From a virus (Duplodnaviria > Heunggongvirae > Uroviricota > Caudoviricetes): a DNA stretch of 47,775 nt. The notes beneath the pieces are model-generated. The model was not told the origin of the DNA and did no database searches. It saw only the letters and a list, made by a program, of their open reading frames with translations. Positions 1 to 9,561 of the stretch are shown here, piece by piece (the stretch's first letter is position 1; each line of letters begins with the position of its first letter). The translations under genes were made by a program, and so were the position numbers. The DNA is taken from the IMG/VR virus record IMGVR_UViG_3300037400_004417; one strand, given 5' to 3'.

Positions 1-213
1 GACTGCCTTAACGACCGCTGTAACGCTATCTGTACGAATAACTCTCGCAATAGCTCTGTCTTCAGATTTAACAGCAGAGAAAACAGAATTTTCGTTGTAT
101 CTTATTGTGTTTCTAATAGCATAATCTATTTCTGCAGGATATCTATTTGCAATGTATGCAGTATGCTCTATAGCTTTAGCTGCAGCTTTTGTTTTGTTAG
201 ACCAGTAATTCAA
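1..213 (-). CDS. 5' part of a probable TIGR02452/microbial PARG-like protein (runs off window edge)
   Basis: Open frame from TTG at 213 with SD GGTGGTGA: NYWSNKTKAAAKAIEHTAYIANRYPAEIDYAIRNTIRY...TDSVTAV, resembling N-termini of Bacillota TIGR02452 proteins as I recall them; catalytic region not in window. Confidence 0.4.
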   Translation of the reverse strand, partial: MNYWSNKTKAAAKAIEHTAYIANRYPAEIDYAIRNTIRYNENSVFSAVKSEDRAIARVIRTDSVTAVVKAV

Positions 214-219
214 TTGTTA

Positions 220-693
220 TCACCACCCAAATATTTCTTTAACGTCTTTTCTAAGACTTCTACTGTTCTTCTTTAGCATATTATAGCTAGCTTCTTCTAA
301 ATTACTTATATCATTCTTTAATACCTTAAATGTGTAATGATTAGTTCCGTCATGGTGAGATTCGTCGGCGCATAGATTGTATCTGTCTACATAAACATGG
401 AGATTAGTGTCGCCTTGAATAAATCCTTTTAAACATTCATTAAGATTATGCCCTAATATTTTATGAGCTTCTCTTCTTCCGTTCCAAAGACCTAGATCTG
501 CGAAACAGACAATGTTGTAATCATACTTCTTGTTCAGTAAGCTTCTCATATCTTCATATTCCATATCGACCATCTCGGCTGCTCTTTCCCAGATTTCGTC
601 TTCTGTTGGTTCTTTTTCAAATATTTCCTGCGCATTATCTTCTATATATTTATATAATTCAACCAAATCGCTATTATAAATAGTCTTGTTCAC
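220..693 (-). CDS. hypothetical phage protein
   Basis: 157-aa ORF, co-oriented, GGAG-type SD; motif LGLWNGRR. Confidence 0.7.
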   Translation of the reverse strand: MNKTIYNSDLVELYKYIEDNAQEIFEKEPTEDEIWERAAEMVDMEYEDMRSLLNKKYDYNIVCFADLGLWNGRREAHKILGHNLNECLKGFIQGDTNLHVYVDRYNLCADESHHDGTNHYTFKVLKNDISNLEEASYNMLKKNSRSLRKDVKEIFGW

Positions 694-715
694 GGCGCCA
701 CCTTCTTTTTCCTAC

Positions 716-1210
716 TTATTTTGTACACTCTTCTAATCTTACTTCATTCCTAGCAAGTTTACATCTAAGCATATTGTATAAATCCTTGGCATCTTTCTGC
801 ATGTCAGCAAGTTCTTTGATAAACGCACTTACTCTGTTTCTACGACGTGTCATATACTTATTATAAGCACGATAATAAGCTATCTTTTTGCCTTTTTCTT
901 CGTCAAAAGTATCGTTATTATGACATCTAGCGATGCCTTTAGCTTCGTTAGCCCTTTCCTTGGAATTTAAAGAATTATAACATATAGATGGATGATTACT
1001 TTCTATTCGTTTTTCAAGACAATATTCTAAGAATAAATCGCTTCTGATATGAACTTTTTCACGATGATAAGGATTTGTAGACCTTATGTAGCAAATGACG
1101 ATACCTGCATAATCATCTATTGTATATTTATAAGCAATGCCTTCTACATTGTTAAAGTGCCAACTTGTTTCCTTTACAGACATATTCTCACTCCTTATCT
1201 GTGCATGCAT
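716..1210 (-). CDS. hypothetical protein, paralog of 44355-45056
   Basis: Shared motif GIARC..DTFDEEKGKKIAYYRAY / GVTKC..DKFDEKRGKEIAYRRAY. Confidence 0.7.
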   Translation of the reverse strand: MHAQIRSENMSVKETSWHFNNVEGIAYKYTIDDYAGIVICYIRSTNPYHREKVHIRSDLFLEYCLEKRIESNHPSICYNSLNSKERANEAKGIARCHNNDTFDEEKGKKIAYYRAYNKYMTRRRNRVSAFIKELADMQKDAKDLYNMLRCKLARNEVRLEECTK

Positions 1211-1382
1211 CTATTGCTAAAGCTTCAATATTTTCTAACTCGCCGCAGTCAATTTCTGTTATTTCGTCGGATTCCTGTGCTTTTTCAATAGCTTCTTCTT
1301 CAGAATCAGCTTCTATTTCTAAATTGGTATGCCCTACTACTTCTATATGTACTAAATACTTTGACATAATATCAGTCCTTTC

Positions 1383-2012
1383 TTATATTTCTTTGTAGCC
1401 ATGCCCTATATTAACGAATGTTGTTGTCGGCATAATGATTTTGCCATCTTTATCCTTTACTGCATAAACAATAAAGATATCAACAGGACCAACAGTCTGT
1501 CGCTTTATGCCGACAGAATAAACATATGTTGGCGGCATATAAGGAAATGTAATAGGAAAGTATTTCTGAATGAGGCGATGAATATATCCTGCTTTAAAAG
1601 AAGTCTTATCTTTATCATCAACATCATAATAAGTAAACATATCTCTATCATAATAAGATATTTCACCATCCTTATTAATTTCTTTAGTTAAAGAACATCT
1701 ACGTATGCATTCGTAACGTTTAATTCCTTTCTTGTCATCTTCTTCATCAGAAATACAAGACCAGCTTTCTGGAATATCTTCTATTGGACTCAACGGAAGC
1801 TCATTTAGCAACCGAATCAAAATATTTCTTGTAATGCCATAGCTCATGCCACTATGATCGTCAGCGATAAGAGTTTCGTACGCCTTTAACGCACTAGCAT
1901 AACACATATCAACATATCCATCTAAAGAAAAACTATCGTCGGCAGTTTTATTTTTCTTCCTGCTTTCTTTAACGATTTCAATTTCTTTTCTTGCCCATTC
2001 TGCCATATCCAT
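1383..2012 (-). CDS. conserved hypothetical phage protein
   Basis: 209 aa; EWARKEIE, CYASALKAY, DDHSGMS, LPLSPIED motifs; SD GGAGG. Confidence 0.75.
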   Translation of the reverse strand: MDMAEWARKEIEIVKESRKKNKTADDSFSLDGYVDMCYASALKAYETLIADDHSGMSYGITRNILIRLLNELPLSPIEDIPESWSCISDEEDDKKGIKRYECIRRCSLTKEINKDGEISYYDRDMFTYYDVDDKDKTSFKAGYIHRLIQKYFPITFPYMPPTYVYSVGIKRQTVGPVDIFIVYAVKDKDGKIIMPTTTFVNIGHGYKEI

Positions 2013-2210
2013 TATATTTTCCTCCTAAAAAATAAACCTTTTTCCTATGTAAATTGCTCATCCCATTTCTTTACCTTAGGATTTTCACAAATAAGTCCTA
2101 ATTCGCAGCCAAGACATCCTCCATCAAAAGTACAATTATTAGCTTCTTCTATAAGCCAATTAAGAATTTGTTTTCCGATTTTGTCATATCTTTCTTCGTC
2201 TTCCATACAA

Positions 2211-2696
2211 TCACTCTCTTTCTAAATCTTCTTCATAATAATACTTGCCGTCTTTATCTTCAATATGCTCAAGCTTTACATCTACTGTCTCTAGTTCTCC
2301 TGCAGAAAGCGAAGTTTCAAAAATAACTGCCTCCCATTTTTCTTTAGCCTTATCATAAGCTTCTCTAAAGTTGTCTGTTTCTACTAAGACATTAAATCTT
2401 GCATCTATGACGAGGCTAACATACTTTTCTGTCTGGAATTCTTTCCTTTCCCATATGTTATTATAGATCCCATCGGCGTTCATTCTCTGCACGATAGAAA
2501 ATCTATACCAATGCTTATCAAGAGAACTATTTTCTTTAACGTTTCCATACTTATTCCAATTGTTTAAGTTATAGGTAAATCCATCGCCGCGAACCAAAGT
2601 CTTCCGGTTGTCCTTTTCAACATATACAAACCATTGACAAGATTCTAACAGGATTCTATCTCCATTCTGTAATTCAATGAGTTTCTTATCTGACAT
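2211..2696 (-). CDS. hypothetical protein
   Basis: 161-aa co-oriented ORF. Confidence 0.65.
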   Translation of the reverse strand: MSDKKLIELQNGDRILLESCQWFVYVEKDNRKTLVRGDGFTYNLNNWNKYGNVKENSSLDKHWYRFSIVQRMNADGIYNNIWERKEFQTEKYVSLVIDARFNVLVETDNFREAYDKAKEKWEAVIFETSLSAGELETVDVKLEHIEDKDGKYYYEEDLERE

Positions 2697-2705
2697 ATTT
2701 AATCA

Positions 2706-3032
2706 TCACCATTTAACAGCTTCTGCTTCGCCAATATTCTTTAATATTTCTTCTCTAGTATTATTAACATATTTTTCAAGAAAGTCGGCAATAATATTTT
2801 TAGCCTCATCTTCTGTCTTGTATGGAAGTTGTTCCTTGTTCCATGGAAAACGCGGACAAAACCCAATATAAAAATAATTATCTATCACACTCCGTGAGAG
2901 AAACTTCTTTTGCATTTCTGTTCCGATTTCATCATCGCCACTGACAACCATATTATAAAACTCCTCATAATCTTTTACATTCAGATTATTGACATCAATT
3001 CCATATAAAACAATCCTATCATGCATACTCAT
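2706..3032 (-). CDS. hypothetical protein, paralog of 32205-32537
   Basis: Both start MSM..I.LYG.DV and share Y+G..P.+.W...K+.+EAK..I.DFL.KY. Confidence 0.7.
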   Translation of the reverse strand: MSMHDRIVLYGIDVNNLNVKDYEEFYNMVVSGDDEIGTEMQKKFLSRSVIDNYFYIGFCPRFPWNKEQLPYKTEDEAKNIIADFLEKYVNNTREEILKNIGEAEAVKW

Positions 3033-3225
3033 ATATACTTTCCTCGTTTCCTAATTTAATTAACAATGCTACGTATTGTCCCTATAATCGTTGAGACAAG
3101 AAAAAGATAAATAACAAAACCAGCAATAAGTATAATACTAACGACGTAGTCTCTTTTTGTCATTGGTCTTTCTTCTTCCCGAATTGGATTGCCGTCTTTG
3201 TCTACAGGTCCTACCATAATCATAT

Positions 3226-3924
3226 TTAATCGTCCTCCAATTTAACTATTCTATTATATAAACAATGAAACTTACCGTAATCAATATCATAGTGATAATG
3301 ACCAAAATACCAATGCTTGAATGCTACGTTTCTGTAAACATTAGACAAGTACTTTTCACTGGCGCCGCTATACTGCGGCATATTCTTTAAATTATATTTG
3401 TGAAACATAGGAGTTATTAATTCAGGAAAGATAGCATGAGTAATAATATAGTCTACATTGTAATTATATCTTTCTAAGTTATTCTCAGCTTCCTGACAGT
3501 CAGCGTAACTAGCTTCTTCTTCTGGCCACCAACTCACGTAAGGAATACGATGCCCGCGATCGATACTACGAGCACCTCCGAAAGTAAAGAATGTTTTGCC
3601 TTCTATTTCAAATACCTGTCCCCGTTCAAGATGAATAATATTATCGGAGATTTTACGAACGGCGCCGCCATTCCATTCTTCTTCTTGAAATTCTTTAAGC
3701 ATTGAGAATGATTCGTGGTTGCCGTCCACCCATAACACAGTGAAATTACGGCTATTAAGAAAATCTAACCAATACTTATATGTTTTATCCTCTTTCCAGA
3801 GAAGACCTAAGTCACCAGTTACAATAACATAGTTTTCTCTGGTTAAATCTTTTTGCTCAGGGAAATTCTTCTTACTCAGTCTAGTGAAATCTCCATGGGT
3901 ATCTCCAGTTAGATAAATAGACAT
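3226..3924 (-). CDS. calcineurin-like metallophosphoesterase
   Basis: DTHGD, GDLG, DGNHE, ITH, FGHYH motifs in order. Confidence 0.92.
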   Translation of the reverse strand: MSIYLTGDTHGDFTRLSKKNFPEQKDLTRENYVIVTGDLGLLWKEDKTYKYWLDFLNSRNFTVLWVDGNHESFSMLKEFQEEEWNGGAVRKISDNIIHLERGQVFEIEGKTFFTFGGARSIDRGHRIPYVSWWPEEEASYADCQEAENNLERYNYNVDYIITHAIFPELITPMFHKYNLKNMPQYSGASEKYLSNVYRNVAFKHWYFGHYHYDIDYGKFHCLYNRIVKLEDD

Positions 3925-3950
3925 AATGCCCCTTTCTTTTTGTTACGGTA

Positions 3951-4151
3951 TTATGGCTTTTTTACTTGTAGCCAAATATTGTCGTCATCTTTTTCTAATA
4001 TCTCCGTAACGATATAATTTCTTGCATAATGTGTGTCACACCAAACTGCAGGAAAGTGATGTCTAGTCTCAGAATCGCCATCATCTTCAACTAAATGCAT
4101 TGTTGTTTTTGAAGAGACCAGCGTCTTTATGTGTTTTACTAAAATGTTCAT
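3951..4151 (-). CDS. hypothetical protein
   Basis: 66-aa co-oriented ORF. Confidence 0.5.
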   Translation of the reverse strand: MNILVKHIKTLVSSKTTMHLVEDDGDSETRHHFPAVWCDTHYARNYIVTEILEKDDDNIWLQVKKP

Positions 4152-4342
4152 AGTTAATTTCTCCTATTCTACCTAATACATCTTTTCGTATCCTAGTCAT
4201 AAAATCAGAATATTCAATATCTTTTTTCTGTGTACACATCATATATGCTTTTGCTAAACTCCTGATTCTACCTTTTTTGTAAAATTCTATTCGATTTGTA
4301 TTCTTAACATAACGATAAAACATACCGCCATTAAACGAAATC

Positions 4343-4873
4343 CTATTTTTCTGCTTCACACTCACTTTCTTCGTATTTCATTGGTTTTGGAGCCAAATCC
4401 CTGTCAAACATTAAAAAGTCGCACCATTTATGAACAGGGCTATCTTTTTCAAAAGAACTTTCCCATAAACTATAATAATTAAAGCTGTTATTTGTATACG
4501 TTATCTCTGTACCATTGGAATGATCAGTAAGTTTAACGTAAATATCTTTAATTAGAATTCTCTGGGCGAATCTTTTAATCCATTCCCTTAATAATGTAGC
4601 TATCTTATCTGTATCAGCATTTCTTAATTTGCCGTCTAGTATAACTGTATAAGTACTTTGCAATCTAGTTTATTTATTCCAATCGAATTCGTCTTGATTA
4701 GAACTCGAATCATAGCCATCATGCTGGATAATATAATGACGTAATGGGCCTTCTGATCCATTAATAATTGGTAAATGATTTAAAACAGTTTCTAAGATAA
4801 ATCTTTTTTCAGCTTGAGATCTCCCGATAGGAGCACCTTTGATTGTCCCATAAATATATGTCCAATTACTCAT
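4343..4873 (-). pseudogene. single gene split by an in-frame TAA (4670-4672)
   Basis: ORFs 4670-4873 and 4343-4663 are in the same frame separated by TAA-ACT-AGA. Confidence 0.6.
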
Positions 4874-4874
4874 T

Positions 4875-5165
4875 TTACAGCTCGCTTTTCTTATGATATC
4901 CTTTAAATAATTTTAATCCTTCCATACATGGAACATATAACTGATTATCTCCTATGCATAAAAAGATATCAGATACAATTGAAGAAATCTTAAAAGCAGT
5001 CTTGTAAAAATCTTCATGATTCCATTTGCAGTTAATATCCATCACGTTGTTTGAAGTAGAAACATAATATTTATCTTTATTATCATCTTCGCCAAAGGGA
5101 TTGCAAGAGAAATTACCCACTGGTGAAAATACATGGCCGCCATATTTAAAAGATAATAACTTCAT
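4875..5165 (-). CDS. hypothetical protein
   Basis: 96-aa ORF with SD GGAG. Confidence 0.65.
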   Translation of the reverse strand: MKLLSFKYGGHVFSPVGNFSCNPFGEDDNKDKYYVSTSNNVMDINCKWNHEDFYKTAFKISSIVSDIFLCIGDNQLYVPCMEGLKLFKGYHKKSEL

Positions 5166-5179
5166 TTTTTATTTTCTCC

Positions 5180-5566
5180 TTAATTAACAGCAGAATTATT
5201 GTCGGCGCCGATATTATTTTCCAGATTCTTCTTAGCTTCTAATTCTGCCTTTTCCTTAGCCTTCTGCTTCTTCCATGCCGCCCTAGCTTTCTTTCCCTTA
5301 GGAGCGTACTGCTTAGGAGGTCTTAAATTCTTGACGACTCTAGTTTCGTATACCCCAGTAAGTAACGCAATAATATGAGCGCCACGCATCATCGCCCATG
5401 TCCCGTCTCTATGCATTCTTTCAAATCCGTTTTCATTTACTCTAGCTATCATAGTTCCATTCTTAGGAATGGTATAGCAGAATACCTGATTCATTTCATA
5501 GCCTAACATCTCGGCAATCTTTTCCATATGATTCATAGTATAAAAATCTCCCTCTTTCTCGTCCAA
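5180..5566 (-). CDS. hypothetical protein of repeated 'A..LGVE..E.F' family with Lys-rich tail
   Basis: MEKIAEMLGYEMNQVF resembles 34366-34830, 37197-37619 and C-terminus of 8173-8934. Confidence 0.65.
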   Translation of the reverse strand: MDEKEGDFYTMNHMEKIAEMLGYEMNQVFCYTIPKNGTMIARVNENGFERMHRDGTWAMMRGAHIIALLTGVYETRVVKNLRPPKQYAPKGKKARAAWKKQKAKEKAELEAKKNLENNIGADNNSAVN

Positions 5567-5586
5567 AAGAAATTATTCTTCTTTAG

Positions 5587-5982
5587 TTAGTCACATAATA
5601 CTTCGTTAATGTTTTTCAGCATTTCTTCATCAGCTATAAAACTGTTATATTTATCATCCTGGAGTTCTAAATCTAAAATTTCTACTGGATTAATCTCTGG
5701 ATCATCGTATTCTCCAGTAAAAATATAGAACTCTTCAAATTTATGATTCTTGAAATAATCTAATGTCAGCTTTTTAGATTCAGGATAAATATCTGTATCT
5801 AAATGTTTCACATCAACGACAATAATACTATTGTCATCTTCTAGTCTATTCCATTCAACAGTATAAAAGTCAAATGAAACGCCACCGATATTGTATCCTC
5901 CCGGTGAAATATAATGAGGATTTTCTTTTTCTAATACTACAGGTCTATCCATCTTTAGCCGAAAAAACATTCTCCTAATCAT
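5587..5982 (-). CDS. hypothetical protein
   Basis: 131-aa co-oriented ORF. Confidence 0.65.
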   Translation of the reverse strand: MIRRMFFRLKMDRPVVLEKENPHYISPGGYNIGGVSFDFYTVEWNRLEDDNSIIVVDVKHLDTDIYPESKKLTLDYFKNHKFEEFYIFTGEYDDPEINPVEILDLELQDDKYNSFIADEEMLKNINEVLCD

Positions 5983-6451
5983 CGTTCAGCTCTCCTTCTG
6001 TAGTGAAATACACTGTCCTGCCATCACAGAAATCTAATTTAATCTTAACTTCGCCTTCCGCGTAAGCAATTATTTCATTGTTTTGATTTAACACAGAAAA
6101 AGGAAAATTGGATACAGTTAAATCTTCAATGTAAAATTCTCCATGTATTTCCTCTGTCGGCATAAAGCATGGCCATTTATACTCTAACGTTACCTTATCC
6201 TTGTTATCGTTAACTATATAAGCGATCTCGTCGGCACTAAGATAATATCTTTCTTCGCCATCTTCGTTTAAAAAACCAAGGAGACCATCTCTGTAATCAA
6301 AATATCTTTTGTCTTCATTTTCTGGCAATGGTTTGTTAAGTGGAACTTCGATAACAGCTCCATATTTTTTTAGCTCGTCGTCTATCACATTAATAGCCCC
6401 CTGCTTATTTCGCATAAATATTTCCGTTCTTGTAAACTCGGACAGTTTCAA
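5975..6451 (-). CDS. hypothetical protein
   Basis: 158-aa co-oriented ORF. Confidence 0.65.
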   Translation of the reverse strand: MKLSEFTRTEIFMRNKQGAINVIDDELKKYGAVIEVPLNKPLPENEDKRYFDYRDGLLGFLNEDGEERYYLSADEIAYIVNDNKDKVTLEYKWPCFMPTEEIHGEFYIEDLTVSNFPFSVLNQNNEIIAYAEGEVKIKLDFCDGRTVYFTTEGELNDD

Positions 6452-6875
6452 TGTCGCCGCCGATTTCTCCTACAATCTCTCTAAAATCACCGCAATCAGT
6501 ATCGACGAGAATATCATCATATCTATCATAAACTTCTTCTATGCTCTCCTGATAAGCGGATTTTACTGTTGATTTCTTAGAAGAACTCTTCTTATTGTTA
6601 ACCTTTGATCTTTCTACGGCGATCTTATTTGTAAGTTCTATTTTCCGTTTTAAATATCTGTCTAAAGTTTTAAATACTGTATCAGACATCATGCTATTTC
6701 CGCAAACCGGACAACTATAGCTGGTAAAATAATCCTTGTTAATCTTGCTATTGCAAGTCTTACAAGTAATCAGTTGAGATTTGAAATGTCTAGGATTATT
6801 CTTTTCTTTATAATCTTTAATCTTGCTTTCTAATAATGCTAATCTTTCTTCTAACTGCTCTAATTTCTTATTCAT
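6405..6875 (-). CDS. coiled-coil/zinc-ribbon hypothetical protein
   Basis: CKTC...CPVC pairs. Confidence 0.65.
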   Translation of the reverse strand: MNKKLEQLEERLALLESKIKDYKEKNNPRHFKSQLITCKTCNSKINKDYFTSYSCPVCGNSMMSDTVFKTLDRYLKRKIELTNKIAVERSKVNNKKSSSKKSTVKSAYQESIEEVYDRYDDILVDTDCGDFREIVGEIGGDIETVRVYKNGNIYAK

Positions 6876-7018
6876 GACGATATCTCCTCTCTCTTAACAC
6901 TTCATTTTCGATAATAAAACAATAATCGGTGGGGTCAACAGAAAATATTGGTTTCAATAAGTAAGGACATTGATGTTCGTACCATTTTTTTTGTTTCAAC
7001 ATATTAAAAATACCTCTT

Positions 7019-7381
7019 TTAAAGTATGTATTCTTCACATTCATAACCATTTCTGTTAAGCCAGTCAGCTATTATATGTCGATGGCAAAAATCACTTGGT
7101 TTCTCATAACATAATAGAATACTATTCTGTAATTCTTTGGCGAGACTTCTTATATCTTCTTCGTCTATCTTAGACAATATAGCCTCTGTATATCTCTTAG
7201 TATATTCTGCTTCTGACAAAACGCCTTCTTTATAATCTAACAAAATATTTTTTGTCGGTGCCAATCCTTCTATTGTCTTAATATCAGAAGATAACCATTT
7301 AGGTCTAAATCTAGTAATACAATATCTTTTTAATCTTTTTGGATAGTATTTTTCTTTAGCAAAATATCCTGTATAAATCAT
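7019..7381 (-). CDS. DUF488 family protein
   Basis: IYTGYFA, LAPT, LLCYEKPSDFCHRHIIADWL. Confidence 0.85.
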   Translation of the reverse strand: MIYTGYFAKEKYYPKRLKRYCITRFRPKWLSSDIKTIEGLAPTKNILLDYKEGVLSEAEYTKRYTEAILSKIDEEDIRSLAKELQNSILLCYEKPSDFCHRHIIADWLNRNGYECEEYIL

Positions 7382-7388
7382 AAAAAAC

Positions 7389-7577
7389 TCAACTCTCCTT
7401 CAAAAACTTAATAAAATCTTTGATTTCGTCCCATTTGACCATAGTCATTCTTCCATAGGTATTAGTACGTTTATCGTAAGCATTTTGAATATACAAATAA
7501 TCTGGATACTTTACTATTTTTATTTGATCTCCGTCATTACTTTTTATATATACTTCATTCCCTTTATATGCAATCAT
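7389..7577 (-). CDS. hypothetical protein
   Basis: 62-aa ORF, SD GGAGG, upstream TTGACA promoter-like sequence. Confidence 0.6.
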   Translation of the reverse strand: MIAYKGNEVYIKSNDGDQIKIVKYPDYLYIQNAYDKRTNTYGRMTMVKWDEIKDFIKFLKES

Positions 7578-7642
7578 AGCAAAAATACCTCCTTTTTACT
7601 TCACGTAATACATGTATAGTTTAAAGTATCCGCCTGTCAAGA

Positions 7643-7666
7643 GGATATAAGGCGCGCGAAGCGCCT
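7643..7666. repeat. GGATATA-GGCGC hairpin repeat, copy 1 of 3
   Basis: GGATATAAGGCGCGCGAAGCGCCT; also 26718-26741 and 29021-29044. Confidence 0.8.
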
Positions 7667-7670
7667 ATGC

Positions 7671-7910
7671 TTAAATTTCAGTTAAAGTAGCAATAAATCT
7701 ATTCTTTTCTGTGTCTTCAAATTCTACTTTATGTTTCTTAAACAATATTTCAAAGTAACCATCATCTATAAAATGAACACCAGTAGTATTAGTCCAAGTA
7801 TGCTTTTCAACCCACATCATGGCTAGAGTCTTGCTATTATCAAAACTTTGTCTGTCATTTAAATAAATATCACCAAATTTATTATAAGCTTGAATTGTTG
7901 CTGTTATCAT
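7671..7910 (-). CDS. hypothetical protein
   Basis: 79-aa ORF, SD. Confidence 0.6.
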   Translation of the reverse strand: MITATIQAYNKFGDIYLNDRQSFDNSKTLAMMWVEKHTWTNTTGVHFIDDGYFEILFKKHKVEFEDTEKNRFIATLTEI

Positions 7911-8172
7911 CGTTCTCCGTTTCTCCTTCCTCGTAACTTACATTATGAAATACATAAATAGCTATAATAACTATTATAATAAAAAATAGAACCATAGCGT
8001 TATCAAAATTAATAACTAGACGCAAAACTGCCATTTCTGTCATAAAAATCACCCCATAGAAAATAATAAGAGCAAAGTAATAACTTAATTTATCTAGCCA
8101 TTAAAATAAATTTGTTATTGCTTTGCTCTTTGTTCTTTTGCATATTATTCTTCCTTTTTTTGTACTGTCGTA

Positions 8173-8934
8173 TTATTTAGAAAAACGTCCCCACATATCT
8201 TTCATCCATCCAAGGACTTCTTCGCTGGTCTTGATCTTAATTTGTCCCGATGTAATTCTTAAAAAAGTTTCATTATCAACAGGAGTCCACCTATTATTAG
8301 CTTTGAAATTTCTGAATTCTAAATTTGATACTGTAAATCTATAAGGAACCAAACTGCCAATATAAAATTCATCGTATAATTTAAGATTTAATTTGTCGGC
8401 AAATTCCTTCATTATAATAGATCTTCCATTGTTGTCACTAGCTTCTTTATGATTAATCGTAGATACTATATTACCATTTAAATCATATCGGTTATTAGAT
8501 TTTAATGCTTCATGATACCTAGTTCCTTTAGTCCATAGACCTAAAGCTTCATAAATCATCTTGGGGTCAATATTATTTTTTGTCGCCCAAGGGCTTAAAT
8601 CCTTGTGAATGCCTATCTTTAATGCTTTTTTAGGTAAAGGCTTTTCTGGAAAAACATTAGGGAAATCCTTTTGTAACATCTGAATAATAGCTAATTTAGA
8701 ATCTATATCTGTTAAAGTAATAAAAGACTGATCATTAATTCCTAATCTTTTCAAGATTACTTTTAGATCAGAACATAAACACTTAGCATTTTGAATTAAT
8801 TTTGATTTTGCTAAAATAACAGATGCATCATATCTATCTTTATCTTTTAATAAAGTTTCTAATTTATTAATATTATTTTTTACTTGACTATATTCTGTAT
8901 TCATTTTAACAATATATAAATCAATATTTTCCAC
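8173..8934 (-). CDS. ProQ/FinO-domain RNA-binding protein (coiled-coil N-term, phage-family C-term)
   Basis: FPNVF..KPLPKKALKIGIHKDL...YEALGLWTKGTRYHEALKSNNRYDLNG matches ProQ/FinO core pattern. Confidence 0.8.
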   Translation of the reverse strand: MENIDLYIVKMNTEYSQVKNNINKLETLLKDKDRYDASVILAKSKLIQNAKCLCSDLKVILKRLGINDQSFITLTDIDSKLAIIQMLQKDFPNVFPEKPLPKKALKIGIHKDLSPWATKNNIDPKMIYEALGLWTKGTRYHEALKSNNRYDLNGNIVSTINHKEASDNNGRSIIMKEFADKLNLKLYDEFYIGSLVPYRFTVSNLEFRNFKANNRWTPVDNETFLRITSGQIKIKTSEEVLGWMKDMWGRFSK

Positions 8935-8984
8935 AATAAATTTCCCTTTCTCGTATTTTTTTGCTTTTTAGTTAAATATAGAGG

Positions 8985-9150
8985 TCGACAAAAAGACCGA
9001 CCTCTATTAAAGGAATACCGATTTAGCACCTCGGTTAACGGTATACTCTTAAGTGCATTTTTATAAAAAGACGGGCTTCCAGGGATTTTACCTGCATCGG
9101 AATAAAGCCCGATTAGAATCGACAGATATTAGATGCTGTCGAACCATCTT
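8985..9150 (-). ncRNA. multi-hairpin structured RNA candidate ending in a terminator-like stem
   Basis: Stems TCGACAG/CTGTCGA, CGGGCTT/AAGCCCG, TACCG/CGGTA, TAGAGGTCG/CGACCTCTA. Confidence 0.45.
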
Positions 9151-9158
9151 AGGCAAAA

Positions 9159-9215
9159 TTACTTACCCTTGCAACCGCCTTTGCCCTTTTTAGAGCCCTT
9201 ACCCTTACAAGCCAT
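9159..9215 (-). CDS. 18-aa Gly/Lys/Cys peptide MACKGKGSKKGKGGCKGK
   Basis: Very strong SD GGAGGAGGTGA 5' of ATG; not in supplied ORF track. Confidence 0.6.
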   Translation of the reverse strand: MACKGKGSKKGKGGCKGK

Positions 9216-9268
9216 AATTATCACCTCCTCCTTTTGTTCAGCAAAATATATTCGATAAGCTTAATATG

Positions 9269-9493
9269 TTATCCTCTGACTGTCGCTAATCTCTTAGAAT
9301 GCTTAGCTGTATTCTGTTCCTGAGCAGAAACATAATTCTTAAGCTGCTTCCAATAAGACTTTAGACATATAAAAGGATCTCCAATATGCTTCTTACTAAC
9401 CTTAGGTTCAGAACTGATTACCTTCTTAGACTTAACAGCTTTCTTTACCTTTACTTCTTCTACCTGTACATTCTTCTTAGTATTCTTAGCCAT
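9269..9493 (-). CDS. small Lys-rich basic protein
   Basis: 74 aa, SD GGGTGGTGA. Confidence 0.65.
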   Translation of the reverse strand: MAKNTKKNVQVEEVKVKKAVKSKKVISSEPKVSKKHIGDPFICLKSYWKQLKNYVSAQEQNTAKHSKRLATVRG

Positions 9494-9561
9494 AATAGAC
9501 TAATCACCACCCTTTTCTTTTTCCTGTTTGAATTTTAATATATATTTAAGACAGCAACGAA

